Below, piece after piece: positions 22,197 to 31,985 of a stretch of 64,000 bases of DNA. The notes beneath the pieces were generated by a model. It did no database searches and was not told the DNA's origin. It saw nothing but the letters and a program-made list of their open reading frames with translations. Source of the DNA: an uncultured delta proteobacterium. GTDB lineage: Bacteria; Myxococcota_A; Polyangia; Polyangiales; Polyangiaceae. The stretch covers positions 128,001 through 192,000 of the forward strand of contig CAVOKF010000001.1 of NCBI GenBank assembly GCA_963696385.1. The letters run 5' to 3'. The position numbers and the translations under genes are program-made. The stretch's first letter is position 1, and the number at the start of each line of letters is the position of its first letter.

Positions 22197-22457
22197 CACC
22201 AAACCCTGCCGGCTGGCCTGGGCACCCCGGGACGGCGCCTCGACCCACGCCAACGCGTTTTTGAATCAAACGCTCGACATCCCGAGGTGGATTGGCCCGC
22301 CGTTTGCTTTTTTTGCCTAACTAACTAAGGACTGGCCATGCAATCCGAGGAGGTCGGCGGCTGCACGCCAGGGCCCATGAGCCATTGACGCCGGGACCGG
22401 ACCCCTCGAGCAACGACGCGGTTCGCACCCGGCGCAAGTCCACAAGGAGAACCCTGC

Positions 22458-22979
22458 ATGAGAATCTCAGTTACCCTCGGTGTTTGCTCCACACTCGTCC
22501 TGGCGGCGGCGGCCTGCGGCGGCTCGCAACCTCCCGCCGCTACGCCCTCCTCGGGGGTCAGTGCGTCCTCACCGCCGGAGACCTCCGCGCAGGCGGCCAC
22601 TTCCGGGAACGTCCAGATCTCGGTGGACATTCTGAAGGCTTGCGGTCTGACCGATAACGACGCGTACTTCCCATTCGATTCAGCACGACTGGAAAAACAA
22701 GATATCGGGCCGCTCAACACGATCGCGGTCTGCTTCTCGACGGGTGCCCTCAAGGGGCGATCGATGAAGCTCGTGGGTCATGCCGATCCGCGCGGCTCGG
22801 CCGGATACAACATGACCCTGGGGCAAGCCCGGGCCGACGGAGTGGAGGGCTACCTCGAAAAGAGAGGGCTCGCAAAGGCCAAGGTGGAGACCACGTCGCG
22901 GGGTGCGGTCGACGCTACCGGCACCGATGAAGCCGGCTGGGCACACGACCGCCGCGTCGACGTGCTGCTGGGGATTTGA
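22458..22979 (+). CDS. OmpA/Pal-like peptidoglycan-binding lipoprotein, paralog 1
   Basis: Lipobox AAAC; FPFDS, GHADPRG, YNMTLGQARA, DRRVD; AGGAG SD. Confidence 0.9.
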   Translation: MRISVTLGVCSTLVLAAAACGGSQPPAATPSSGVSASSPPETSAQAATSGNVQISVDILKACGLTDNDAYFPFDSARLEKQDIGPLNTIAVCFSTGALKGRSMKLVGHADPRGSAGYNMTLGQARADGVEGYLEKRGLAKAKVETTSRGAVDATGTDEAGWAHDRRVDVLLGI

Positions 22980-23082
22980 AGCCGCACGGTCGACGGCCGG
23001 CGCGGGGGGCGCCCGGCGCCATGGGGGATCGCGGCGTGGGAGGCGGGCGTCCGGCTTCGTCCGAGATTAGGGGCCGAGTGGG

Positions 23083-23976
23083 TTACGGGGTGGTTGGGGG
23101 CGACCCTAAGGTTGGATGGACGCTTTGCATGTACTCGTCGATGACCTTGCGCACGCTCTCATCCTTCGGGACGATCGAGATCTCGATACGGCGGTTGCGT
23201 TGATAGGCCGCTTCGGTATCGGCCGTGTCGATCGGGCGGAACTTCGAATACGCGGCCGCGGCGAAGTAGCCTCCATAGGTGTCGGCGAGGGTCGGGTTCG
23301 TCTCGAAGAGGTAGTCGAGGACGGCGGTCGCGCGTTTCGCCGATAGGTCCCAATTGTACGAGACGGACCCTCGGGTGTCGGTGTGCCCCTGAATGAGGAT
23401 GGTATCGATGTTGTCTCGAACACTGTCGTCCGCTAACGCATGACCGAGAGCCCGGCCCAGAGTGTCGAGGACGGGCTTGGCCTTCTCTTTGATCGTGAAG
23501 GACCCGTATTCGAACACGAGGTTCTCGTTGATCACGATGTTGCCGTTGTCGCCAATGGTCACGAGTGAGGCACCCGCGTCGTTGGTGGCTCCAAGCTCCG
23601 CTTCGATCGCTTGCTTCAGTTTGCTCAAAACGGTCACTCGCAATACGGCGATACTCTGCAATTGGGAACGCAGGCCGCCGAGCTGCCGGTTGCTTTCCGC
23701 GATGACGGCTTGTTGCTCGCGGAGTTGGCCGCGCGAAGCCGAAAGATCGCGCCGACCGCTCTCGATATCCGCCCGGAGCGCCCGCAACTGTTGCTCGGAC
23801 TGGGTCACTTGCCGCTGAAAGGCATCGAGACGCTTGCTGCTGACGAGATTTCGCACGTACGCGAGCAGAACGAGGACAAACAGAATCAGCGCCATCGTCG
23901 ACATGACGTCGGTGAACGCCGGCCAGATCTCGGGGAACCCTTCGGCGTTCGACAGCAGCGGTCGACGGTTGCGCAT
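23083..23976 (-). CDS. MotB/OmpA-family single-TM protein
   Basis: WPAFTDVMS (TM Asp), coiled-coil, GHTD, NWDLSAKRA, NRRIEI. Confidence 0.85.
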   Translation of the reverse strand: MRNRRPLLSNAEGFPEIWPAFTDVMSTMALILFVLVLLAYVRNLVSSKRLDAFQRQVTQSEQQLRALRADIESGRRDLSASRGQLREQQAVIAESNRQLGGLRSQLQSIAVLRVTVLSKLKQAIEAELGATNDAGASLVTIGDNGNIVINENLVFEYGSFTIKEKAKPVLDTLGRALGHALADDSVRDNIDTILIQGHTDTRGSVSYNWDLSAKRATAVLDYLFETNPTLADTYGGYFAAAAYSKFRPIDTADTEAAYQRNRRIEISIVPKDESVRKVIDEYMQSVHPTLGSPPTTP

Positions 23977-23982
23977 GCGCGC

Positions 23983-24774
23983 CTACCGCCCGTCGCGCGG
24001 CTTGGACGCCACGACCTGTACGTGGAATTCCCGCGTGTTCGCCGAGAACGCCCGCAGCGCAGACTCGAAGCAGCCGACCGCGGCTTCGAGCCGAGCGACC
24101 GACTCGCCGAACCCCAACAGCCGTCGTTCGAGGCCCGCACCGGCATCCGCGCTGCGAGCCGGCTCGAGTCGGTCCAAGTACGATTCCATCTGAATCATCA
24201 AGGCCATTCGCCGATCGGTGGGATTGAAGAGCACCGAGAGCACGGTCAGCACGACCGCGGATCCGACGCCGAGAAGGGAGTTCGAGAAAGCCACCGCCAT
24301 TCCGGTCAGCGCCTGGGAAAGTCCGCTCGTGAGGGCTTGGGAAACGTCGGCGACGGCGCCGGCGTCGGTGGACACGAGATGGACGAGCCTGCCGACGGAC
24401 AGGGTAAGGCCGTAAAAGGTGCCGAGAAGGCCCAAAATGATGACCAGGCCCGTGTCCGATTTCACGAAACGTTCCGCGAAGAGCAGCGGCCCCAGTTCGG
24501 ACTGGAAGTTGTCTTCAATGATGGCTTGCGTGCTTCGGTCGGGCGATCGCCGCGAGGCGTCCTCGGCATCCCGACGAATGCGGTTAAGGATCCGATGGGA
24601 GAAGGGCTGATGGTCCGGTCCGTGTTCCCGCAAGTCTCTTTCGAGGCTTGCGTATCGAGCACGAAGGAAGAAGGTCGCACCCACGCCCAGCGAGAGGCAG
24701 CCGAGCGTCGCCGCCAGGATCAGGCGGCCGGTCGTATCGACGAGTGACAGGCCATCCAAAATCGGGTTGGGCAT
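23983..24774 (-). CDS. MotA/TolQ/ExbB proton-channel family protein
   Basis: Three hydrophobic segments; ILGLLGTFYGL and GMAVAFSNSLLG; directly upstream of the MotB-like gene. Confidence 0.8.
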   Translation of the reverse strand: MPNPILDGLSLVDTTGRLILAATLGCLSLGVGATFFLRARYASLERDLREHGPDHQPFSHRILNRIRRDAEDASRRSPDRSTQAIIEDNFQSELGPLLFAERFVKSDTGLVIILGLLGTFYGLTLSVGRLVHLVSTDAGAVADVSQALTSGLSQALTGMAVAFSNSLLGVGSAVVLTVLSVLFNPTDRRMALMIQMESYLDRLEPARSADAGAGLERRLLGFGESVARLEAAVGCFESALRAFSANTREFHVQVVASKPRDGR

Positions 24775-25008
24775 AGCTCTCCGTACCCCCGTCGTGCGCC
24801 CGAAGAGCAAAGCAGGCCACGCGGCCCTCTATTCCAGCAGCCCAGCCCCCTTTCGCCCAAGTTCTCGCATTTCAGTCGCTTCTCGCTTTTCGTTCGCTGG
24901 TCTCGCGCCCGCCCCGTTCTGATCGGGTGCGACCGGGCGGCTCGCTCGTTACGCACGGTCGCCCAGGGTGTAGTCGAAAGCGTCGCGCGCGCGGGCGGTT
25001 TGCTGCGG

Positions 25009-25686
25009 CTAATCGACCCGGAGGACATAGCCGACGCCCCGCAACGTGTGGATGAGCTTCGGAGAAAAATCGCGATCGATCTTGCCCCTCAGACGGCTCA
25101 CGAGCACGTCCACGACGTTGGTCTGGGGATCGAAGTGGTAGTCCCACACGTGTTGCAGGATCATCGTCTTGGAGACGACGCGCCCAACATTGCGCATCAA
25201 GTATTCGAGTAAAATAAATTCTTTGGTTTGCAACTCGATGGCTCGATCCCCGCGGTGAACTCGGCGGGAGACGAGATCGAGCGTGAGATCCGCGACGACC
25301 ATGCGCAACGGGACCTCGGCGCGCGGTGACGCGCGACGCATCAACGCCCCCACCCGGGCCAGCAATTCGGCGAAGGAGAATGGCTTGGTGAGGTAGTCGT
25401 CGGCGCCTGCGTCGAGACCGCGAACGCGGTCATCGACGGCCGCGCGCGCGCTGAGAATGATGATCGGAACGGCGATCTTGGCTTCCCGCAGCGCTCGAAT
25501 CACCGAGAGGCCGTCACGCCCCGGCAGCATGAGGTCCACGATGGCAAGGTCGACCCCAGGCCGACGGGCGAGTTGCAAGCCCTCGTCACCGTTGCGAGAC
25601 CAGGATACGACGTGGGCTTCTTGCTCCAAGCCTTGGCACACGAAGGCGCCGATTCTCTCGTCGTCTTCGATGAGCACCACGTGCAT
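25009..25686 (-). CDS. OmpR/CusR-like response regulator
   Basis: LIEDD, DLMLP, GLDAGADDYLTKPF, NVVDVLVSRLR, TLRGVGY. Confidence 0.95.
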   Translation of the reverse strand: MHVVLIEDDERIGAFVCQGLEQEAHVVSWSRNGDEGLQLARRPGVDLAIVDLMLPGRDGLSVIRALREAKIAVPIIILSARAAVDDRVRGLDAGADDYLTKPFSFAELLARVGALMRRASPRAEVPLRMVVADLTLDLVSRRVHRGDRAIELQTKEFILLEYLMRNVGRVVSKTMILQHVWDYHFDPQTNVVDVLVSRLRGKIDRDFSPKLIHTLRGVGYVLRVD

Positions 25687-25733
25687 GGACGCCGCCGAGG
25701 CTTAGCACGAGCCTGGTGCCTTTCCGCGCGGCC

Positions 25734-25883
25734 TCATGCGTATGAATGGTGCCCGGCACCGCCCGCGCGCTTCTTACGTCGGGCGCCCCAGGCAACAGCC
25801 TGATCCAGATCGTCGTAACCGAAGTGCTTCAGCTGTGCTTTCACGAAGCGCTCCGCAAGCTTGAGGACTGGCCGGTGCCACAT
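25734..25883 (-). pseudogene. 49-codon mini-ORF resembling the C-terminus of a SpoIIAA-like (STAS/SEC14) protein
   Basis: MWHRPVLKLAERFVKAQLKHFGYDDLDQAVAWG...*; GGGAG SD; family recognised by eye only. Confidence 0.5.
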
Positions 25884-26007
25884 GACGGTCTCCCGGCAAC
25901 CCTACCGATCTGTCATGTTCACGAAAGGCCGCGGCATGGATCGCGACTCAGTATGGGCTTGGCCTCTCGATGACGGGGGACACGAGATGGCCTGGAGGTA
26001 CCGCGCC

Positions 26008-26457
26008 ATGAGCCCAGAGTTGACGAAAATGCAGCGTGCCAAGATGGACGAAGAGAGCGCGGCACGTCGCGCCGCCCCCGCGCACCCACCGATGCGCGAC
26101 CCGGAGCTTAGACCGGATCGCCCGCCCGCCCCGATAGAGACGGGCAACGACGCCAAGCCCAGGCGCGCGCGCGGTTTCGCCGCGATGGACCCCAGTCTCG
26201 CCAAGGAAATCGCGCGAAAGGGCGGCATGGCCGCGCATTCGGCGGGCAAGGCGCACGAGTTCACCCCCGAGGAGGCGCGCATCGCAGGACGCAAGGGCGG
26301 GCTTGCAGCGCAAAAAAAGCGGCTACTTCAGGTGCACGAAGATCGGCAGCGTGACCCTCATCCGTCCCGCATGACTGTCGTCGATCCCGAGAACGACGTC
26401 CACGGCCTTCAAACTCTTCCGAAGAGCCCCGCCACCGGAGGGACTCAGGGGAAGTAG
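26008..26457 (+). CDS. KGG-repeat stress-induced protein (YciG/GsiB-like)
   Basis: RGFAAMDP...EIARKGG and HEFTPEEARIAGRKGG; GGAGGT SD. Confidence 0.85.
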   Translation: MSPELTKMQRAKMDEESAARRAAPAHPPMRDPELRPDRPPAPIETGNDAKPRRARGFAAMDPSLAKEIARKGGMAAHSAGKAHEFTPEEARIAGRKGGLAAQKKRLLQVHEDRQRDPHPSRMTVVDPENDVHGLQTLPKSPATGGTQGK

Positions 26458-26586
26458 CGAACGGGCCCTCCATCCCTTCACGCTTGTCTCTCGCCGCAAG
26501 GCTCCCTGAGGTGGCTTGCCGAGGCAGCTGACTCCCGAAAGGCGTGCCATTTCGCCACGCTCGCCGGCTGATCGTCGCGCCGGGGA

Positions 26587-26602
26587 GGGCACGACCATTG
26601 CA
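26587..26602 (+). promoter_or_regulatory. Candidate sigma54 promoter (BON-moxR-bat unit)
   Basis: GGGCACGACCATTGCA, near consensus. Confidence 0.65.
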
Positions 26603-26728
26603 AGGTCTATCCAGAGGTCGTCGTGCAACGGTAGCGGCGACGGAAAAGCGATCATGCACGCCTTTCGCCTGGGCCAGCCATTCGACATCGATGACCCGCT
26701 TCTATGCGACGAGCGGACAGCGGGCTGC

Positions 26729-28288
26729 ATGCCCAATCGCTCCACACTCCTGACGCGTTTTTGGTGCTTTCTACTGCTGCTGGGGGGCGGGGGCACGCTT
26801 CTCGGGGTGCTGCCCGCCTGCGGCCGCGCGGAGCCCTCCGGCGGACCGGCGAGGTCTTCGGCCGTCGCGAGCGGCGCGTCCGCCGAGCCTTCGCTGTCGA
26901 GCGTTCTGGCCGCGCCGCTGCCCGACACGAGGCTCTCGAACGCGATCCGACAAGCCATCCAGCGCGACCCCGAATTGGGCTCGCAGGAGATCCGCGCGTC
27001 GGTCGCGAACGGCGACGTCACCCTGGGCGGCACGGTCCCGACGTTGTCGGCGAAGAACCGGGCGGCACAGCTCGTGAGCCGCTTCAAGGGAGTCTCCGCG
27101 CTCACCAACGGCCTCGTCGTCACCGCGCCGGCGAGGTCCGACGCGGAAATCAAAAAGGCCGTCAGCACCGCGATCCAGCGCGACGCGGCAACGCGCACCG
27201 CGAAGGTGCAGGTGACGTCGGAGGCCGGGGCGGTCAGCCTTCGCGGCTCGGCGGATTCGCCCACGCAGCGCGATCTTTTGGCGGAGGTTGCGTCGCGCGT
27301 GTCCGGCGTCGGTCAGGTGAACCTCGCCGTCGACCTGTCCCAGGGCTCGCCTCGCGGCGACGCGGAGATGGCGGCGGAGGTCCGAGACCGAATTCACGAC
27401 GACGCGCGGCTCGACGGGACGCGCATCGCGGTCGAGGTGAAGGGCCAAAGCGTGGCCGTTTCGGGAGTCGTGGGCAGCTTGGCGCAACGAGACGCGGCGG
27501 TGGAGGATGCCTGGGCCGCTCGGGTGGCGAACGTGGATTCGCAGGCGCTGCGCGTCGACTGGCGCGACAACGAGCGCGGCCGCACCGAGCCGCGAGGGCC
27601 TCCGGCCGACGGGCACATCGCGGACGCCGTGCGTCGCGCGCTCTCGAGCGACGCACGCGTGGGCATCCAACAGCCCACCGTCGTCGTCGACCGGGGCGTC
27701 GTTACGCTCTCGGGCACCGTGATGGACTTCCGAGCCGTGAAGGCGGCCGATCGCGACACGCGCCAAATCTTCGGGGTGGGCGGGGTCGACAACCGGTTGA
27801 CCGTCGGGCCGGCCATGCGCGAGAGCGACGCGACGATTGAGCAGCAGGTGGAGGGGAGCGTGTACCACGACATCGCAAACCCTGACGCGCGCAACGTCGA
27901 GGTCATGACCACGAACGCGAAAGTGACCCTGCGCGGACCCGTCGCGTCGCCCATGGAGAAGACGACGATCGAAGGCGACGTGGAGGAGGTGCCGGGGGTC
28001 GTGGCGGTGCAGGATGACCTGCAGGTTGCAGGCTACGGTCCCCAGACCCACATCGTCGCCGCGAAATCGATTCAGGATCGCGTGACGGAGGCCATCTTCT
28101 GGGACCCGCGCATCGAACCCAGCAAGATCACCGTCGACGTCGCTTCCAACGGGGATGCCACTCTGACGGGCGTCGTCGGCTCATGGGGCGAGGCCCAAGC
28201 GGCTCGCGATGACGCCATCGACGCGGGGGCAGCGCACGTGATCAACCGCATCCGAGCCCCGGGGAGCCCGCAGTCGCAGCGTCTCTGA
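26729..28288 (+). CDS. Six-BON-domain (OsmY-like) putative lipoprotein
   Basis: Leader ending LPAC; six repeats of about 70 aa with GxVTLxGxV. Confidence 0.88.
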   Translation: MPNRSTLLTRFWCFLLLLGGGGTLLGVLPACGRAEPSGGPARSSAVASGASAEPSLSSVLAAPLPDTRLSNAIRQAIQRDPELGSQEIRASVANGDVTLGGTVPTLSAKNRAAQLVSRFKGVSALTNGLVVTAPARSDAEIKKAVSTAIQRDAATRTAKVQVTSEAGAVSLRGSADSPTQRDLLAEVASRVSGVGQVNLAVDLSQGSPRGDAEMAAEVRDRIHDDARLDGTRIAVEVKGQSVAVSGVVGSLAQRDAAVEDAWAARVANVDSQALRVDWRDNERGRTEPRGPPADGHIADAVRRALSSDARVGIQQPTVVVDRGVVTLSGTVMDFRAVKAADRDTRQIFGVGGVDNRLTVGPAMRESDATIEQQVEGSVYHDIANPDARNVEVMTTNAKVTLRGPVASPMEKTTIEGDVEEVPGVVAVQDDLQVAGYGPQTHIVAAKSIQDRVTEAIFWDPRIEPSKITVDVASNGDATLTGVVGSWGEAQAARDDAIDAGAAHVINRIRAPGSPQSQRL

Positions 28289-28398
28289 TCGCTCCAAGCA
28301 TCTCCAACTTGTCATGTTCGCGCAAGGTCACGGCAAAGGCGCGGTCGCATGCTCCGGTCAGGCTCGAAGGTCGAGCCGCATTGGATCGGAGCGAAGCC

Positions 28399-29457
28399 AT
28401 GACGAACGCGCACGCAAACGACACGCAACGAGCGAACGGCCTGCCGGCCCCTTTGCGACCCCTGGTGGCGCCCGAAATACGCGAGCTCGAAGAGCGGATT
28501 GCTGAGGCGTCCTGCTGGGTCGCGCCGCTGAAGCGCGAGATCGGCACGGTGATCGTCGGACAGCATGCGCTGGTGGATCGTCTGATCGTCGGCCTGCTCG
28601 CCAACGGGCACCTGCTTCTCGAGGGGGTCCCGGGGCTCGCCAAGACGCTCGCGCTCAAGACGCTCGCCGGAAGCATTCACGGGGCTCGCTTCGGTCGGAT
28701 TCAATTCACGCCCGATATGCTCCCGTCGGACATCGTCGGGACCACGATCTACCGCGCGCAGACCGGTACCTTCGAAGCCAAGTGCGGACCGGTCTTCGCC
28801 AACTTCGTTTTGGCCGACGAAATCAACCGCGCGCCCGCAAAAGTGCAGAGCGCCCTGCTCGAAGCCATGCAGGAGGGCCAGGTGACGCTCGGCGACGAGA
28901 CGTTCGCCTTGCCCGAGCCGTTTCTCGTCCTTGCGACGCAGAACCCGCTCGAGCAAGAGGGGACCTATCCGCTGCCCGAAGCGCAACTCGATCGGTTCCT
29001 GATGAAAGTTCGCGTGCGCTACCCCGACATGTTCGAGGAGCGCGCGATCCTCGATTCGATGGCGGTCACCGACCCGCGCACGGCCGTTACCCCCGTGGTG
29101 TCGATCGATACGGTGGTGAACGCGCGTCGTGTCGTCGATCGGGTGTACGTCGACGACGCGGTCCGCGATTACATCGTGCGCATCATCTCGGCCACCAGAG
29201 AGCCGGGCCGCTACAAGGTTCCGATCGAAGGGCTGCTGCGCGCCGGCGCCTCCCCGCGCGGCACGATCGGTCTGACGCTGGCGGCGCGCGCCACGGCGTT
29301 TCTCCAGGGCCGAGGCTACGTCGTGCCGCAGGACGTCAAGTCCGTCGCGGCCGACGTCCTTCGTCATCGCCTCGCGTTGAGCTTCGAGGCGGAAGCGACG
29401 GGGGTCGATGGCGACGAGATCGTCCAGCGGGTTCTGCAAACGGTGGCGTCGCCATGA
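28399..29457 (+). CDS. moxR: MoxR family AAA+ ATPase
   Basis: GVPGLAKT, RIQFTPDMLPSD, LADEINRA, ATQNP, EGTYPLPEAQLDRF. Confidence 0.95.
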   Translation: MTNAHANDTQRANGLPAPLRPLVAPEIRELEERIAEASCWVAPLKREIGTVIVGQHALVDRLIVGLLANGHLLLEGVPGLAKTLALKTLAGSIHGARFGRIQFTPDMLPSDIVGTTIYRAQTGTFEAKCGPVFANFVLADEINRAPAKVQSALLEAMQEGQVTLGDETFALPEPFLVLATQNPLEQEGTYPLPEAQLDRFLMKVRVRYPDMFEERAILDSMAVTDPRTAVTPVVSIDTVVNARRVVDRVYVDDAVRDYIVRIISATREPGRYKVPIEGLLRAGASPRGTIGLTLAARATAFLQGRGYVVPQDVKSVAADVLRHRLALSFEAEATGVDGDEIVQRVLQTVASP

Positions 29458-30368
29458 AGCAAACCCACGCGGACGGCGCGACCCAGCGCATGGCAGACCG
29501 GGTCCGGCGAATCGAAATCAGCACGCGTCGGCTCAGCTCCGAAGCCTTCCATGGGGGCGTCCAGTCGCGCTTCCGAGGTCGCGGAATGGACTTCGACGAG
29601 GTCCGCGAGTACGAGCCCGGCGACGACGTCCGCGCCATCGACTGGAGCGCGACGGCACGCACCGGGCACACGTTCGTCAAGAAGTACCGCGAAGAGCGGC
29701 AGCTGACGGTGGTCTTCGTGGTCGACGCGAGTGCGTCGGGCACGGTCGGGTCGGCAGAGTCGACGAAGCGCGAACAGGCCGTCGAGATCGCCGGCGTTCT
29801 CGCGCTTTCGGCCGTCCGCAGCGACCACCGGGTGGGTGTGGCGTTGTTCACCGATGCCGTCGAGCTCTTCGTGCCGCCCGCACGAGGGCGGGCACACACG
29901 TTTCGCCTGGTCCAGGATCTCGTCGACTTCGAGCCTCGGGGACGAGGAACGAACCTCGCCGTCGCGTTGCGGCTGGTGCGGGAGCGTCTGCGCCGCCGCG
30001 CGGTCGTCGTGATTCTGTCGGATTTTCTCCTCGGGCAGGCGGGGTTGGATCAAGCGCGACCGGAGTTACGGGCTCTTGCGCAGCGACACGACGTGGTCGC
30101 GATCCGGATTGGCGACAAGCTCGATCGGCAGCTGCTCGCCTCGGCCGGGCTGCTGACGCTCGAGGATGCGGAGACCGGCGAGATCGTCGAGGTGGACACG
30201 GCGAAGGCCTCGCATCGAGCGCGCGTCGAGGCCATCGCCAAAGAGTCCGACGAGCGCATTCGCTCCCTGCTTCGCGGCGCGCACGTCGACCTGCTGGAAG
30301 TCGACACGGTGCGCCCGTATCTCGGCCCGCTCATCGGGTTCTTCCGAGCCCGCGGAGGACGAACGTGA
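29454..30368 (+). CDS. DUF58 domain protein
   Basis: GRGMDFDEVREYEPGDDVRAIDW, EERQ, ILSDF; ATGA overlap with moxR. Confidence 0.92.
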   Translation: MKQTHADGATQRMADRVRRIEISTRRLSSEAFHGGVQSRFRGRGMDFDEVREYEPGDDVRAIDWSATARTGHTFVKKYREERQLTVVFVVDASASGTVGSAESTKREQAVEIAGVLALSAVRSDHRVGVALFTDAVELFVPPARGRAHTFRLVQDLVDFEPRGRGTNLAVALRLVRERLRRRAVVVILSDFLLGQAGLDQARPELRALAQRHDVVAIRIGDKLDRQLLASAGLLTLEDAETGEIVEVDTAKASHRARVEAIAKESDERIRSLLRGAHVDLLEVDTVRPYLGPLIGFFRARGGRT

Positions 30369-30970
30369 AAAGCCTGAAGCACGGCGCGCTCGCGAGTCCC
30401 ATCGCCGGGGTCGCGGCGACGTGGTCGGCCATCGCCTTTGCGGTGCCGGCGCCCACCGAAGACATCCGCGACATCCGTCCCCTGATCTTGTTTCCATCCT
30501 GGTGGCCCTGGGTGGCCGTCGCGATCGCGGCCAGTCTGCTGCTCTTGGCCACCGCCCTTGCGATTCACGTTTGGAAACGCCGCTCGGCGCGACCTTTGAC
30601 GCCCGAGGACCAAGCCCGACGCGCGCTCGCCAAAGCCGAATCGCTTGCGCGGCAGGGGCGCGCTCGCGAGTGGGCCAACATCGTCGCTCCGACGCTGCGG
30701 ACGGCGCTATCGGCCCGGCTCGGGCAGGACGCTTCGCCGATCACCACGAGCGAGCTCGCCTCCGCAGCCTGGGTGCAATCGCCTCGCGGCGTCGAGGTCG
30801 ATGCTCCACGGCTGATCGACATTCTGTCGACTTGCGATCTCACCCGGTTCGCGATGGCACGCCTCGAGGCCGACTCGCTCGTCGCCTCGACGCAAGCGGC
30901 ACGCGACTGGATCACGCGGCTCTTCGCCGCTGCCAAGCCCTCACCCGCGAGCCCCCCGGTGACCCCATGA
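30365..30970 (+). CDS. DUF4381-like membrane protein of the Bat operon
   Basis: DIRDIRP, single TM, TTSE, CDLTRFA; start and stop overlap both neighbours. Confidence 0.75.
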   Translation: MKSLKHGALASPIAGVAATWSAIAFAVPAPTEDIRDIRPLILFPSWWPWVAVAIAASLLLLATALAIHVWKRRSARPLTPEDQARRALAKAESLARQGRAREWANIVAPTLRTALSARLGQDASPITTSELASAAWVQSPRGVEVDAPRLIDILSTCDLTRFAMARLEADSLVASTQAARDWITRLFAAAKPSPASPPVTP

Positions 30971-31968
30971 TTCATTTCCAGCATCCCGCGGCATTGCTTC
31001 TGCTCGTCCCGTTGTTCCTTTTGGCTTGGTGGTCGGGTCGCTCGGGACGCCCGAGCGCCATCACGCATTCGAATACGGAGCTCGTTCGGTCCGTCGCTCG
31101 GGTGCGGCGGACCCGCTGGGGGCGACTATTGCCGCATCTGCGCTGGATTTGCGCTGCGCTGTTCGTCGTCGCCCTGGCACGACCCGACGTCGAACACAGA
31201 CAGGCGGCGGTCCACGCTTCCGGCGTCGACATCATGCTGGCGGTCGACGTGAGCGGCTCGATGCAGGCCCGCGACATGATCGGGCCCCACGGGGCAACCA
31301 GTCGGCTCGACGCCGCCAAGGACGTCGTGGGTCGATTCGTCCGGGACCGTACAAGCGATCGCATCGGCCTCGTCGCCTTTTCGGGGGAACCGTACCTCGT
31401 CAGCCCGCTCACCCTCGATCACGATTGGGTGTTGCAAGGCCTCGAGCGCCTCGACGCCGCCGAAGCCGCCGACGGCACGGCCATCGGATCGGCCATCGCA
31501 TCCGGGGTGCGCCGGCTCGACGCCCAGGACGCCCAATCGAAAATCATGGTGCTCTTGACCGACGGGCAGAACAACGCCGGAAGGATCTCCCCCGCTGCCG
31601 CGGCCGAGGCCGCCCGCGCGCTCGGTGTGAAAGTCTACACGATCGGCGTCGGATCGGCGGGCGAAGCCCTCGTCCCCGTGACCAACGATCGAGGGCAAGA
31701 GCAAATGGTCAAGGCGCGCGTCGACGTCGACGAGACGAGCATGAAAGAGGTCGCTGCAGTGACCGGTGGCACCTTCTACCGCGCCACGGACACCGCATCG
31801 CTGCGAGACGTCTATGCGGCCATCGACCGATCGGAGAAGACGACGCGCACGCTGCACGCCTTCACCGACCACGAAGAGCGCTTCGCCTGGTTCGCCGCCC
31901 CCGGGCTGTTTTTCCTGCTCGGAGAGCTCGGCCTGTCCGCCACTCGCTTTCGCCGCGTCCCCTCTTGA
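30967..31968 (+). CDS. batA: BatA-like VWA membrane protein
   Basis: ALARP, MIDAS DVSGSM, DRIGLVAF, SPLTLD, LLTDG, YTIGVG. Confidence 0.88.
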   Translation: MIHFQHPAALLLLVPLFLLAWWSGRSGRPSAITHSNTELVRSVARVRRTRWGRLLPHLRWICAALFVVALARPDVEHRQAAVHASGVDIMLAVDVSGSMQARDMIGPHGATSRLDAAKDVVGRFVRDRTSDRIGLVAFSGEPYLVSPLTLDHDWVLQGLERLDAAEAADGTAIGSAIASGVRRLDAQDAQSKIMVLLTDGQNNAGRISPAAAAEAARALGVKVYTIGVGSAGEALVPVTNDRGQEQMVKARVDVDETSMKEVAAVTGGTFYRATDTASLRDVYAAIDRSEKTTRTLHAFTDHEERFAWFAAPGLFFLLGELGLSATRFRRVPS

Positions 31969-31985
31969 CACACGGAGACTGACCC

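Noticed and set aside
23083..24774. Complete Zorya defence system
   Set aside because: No ZorC/D/E-like genes nearby and no long ZorA tail.
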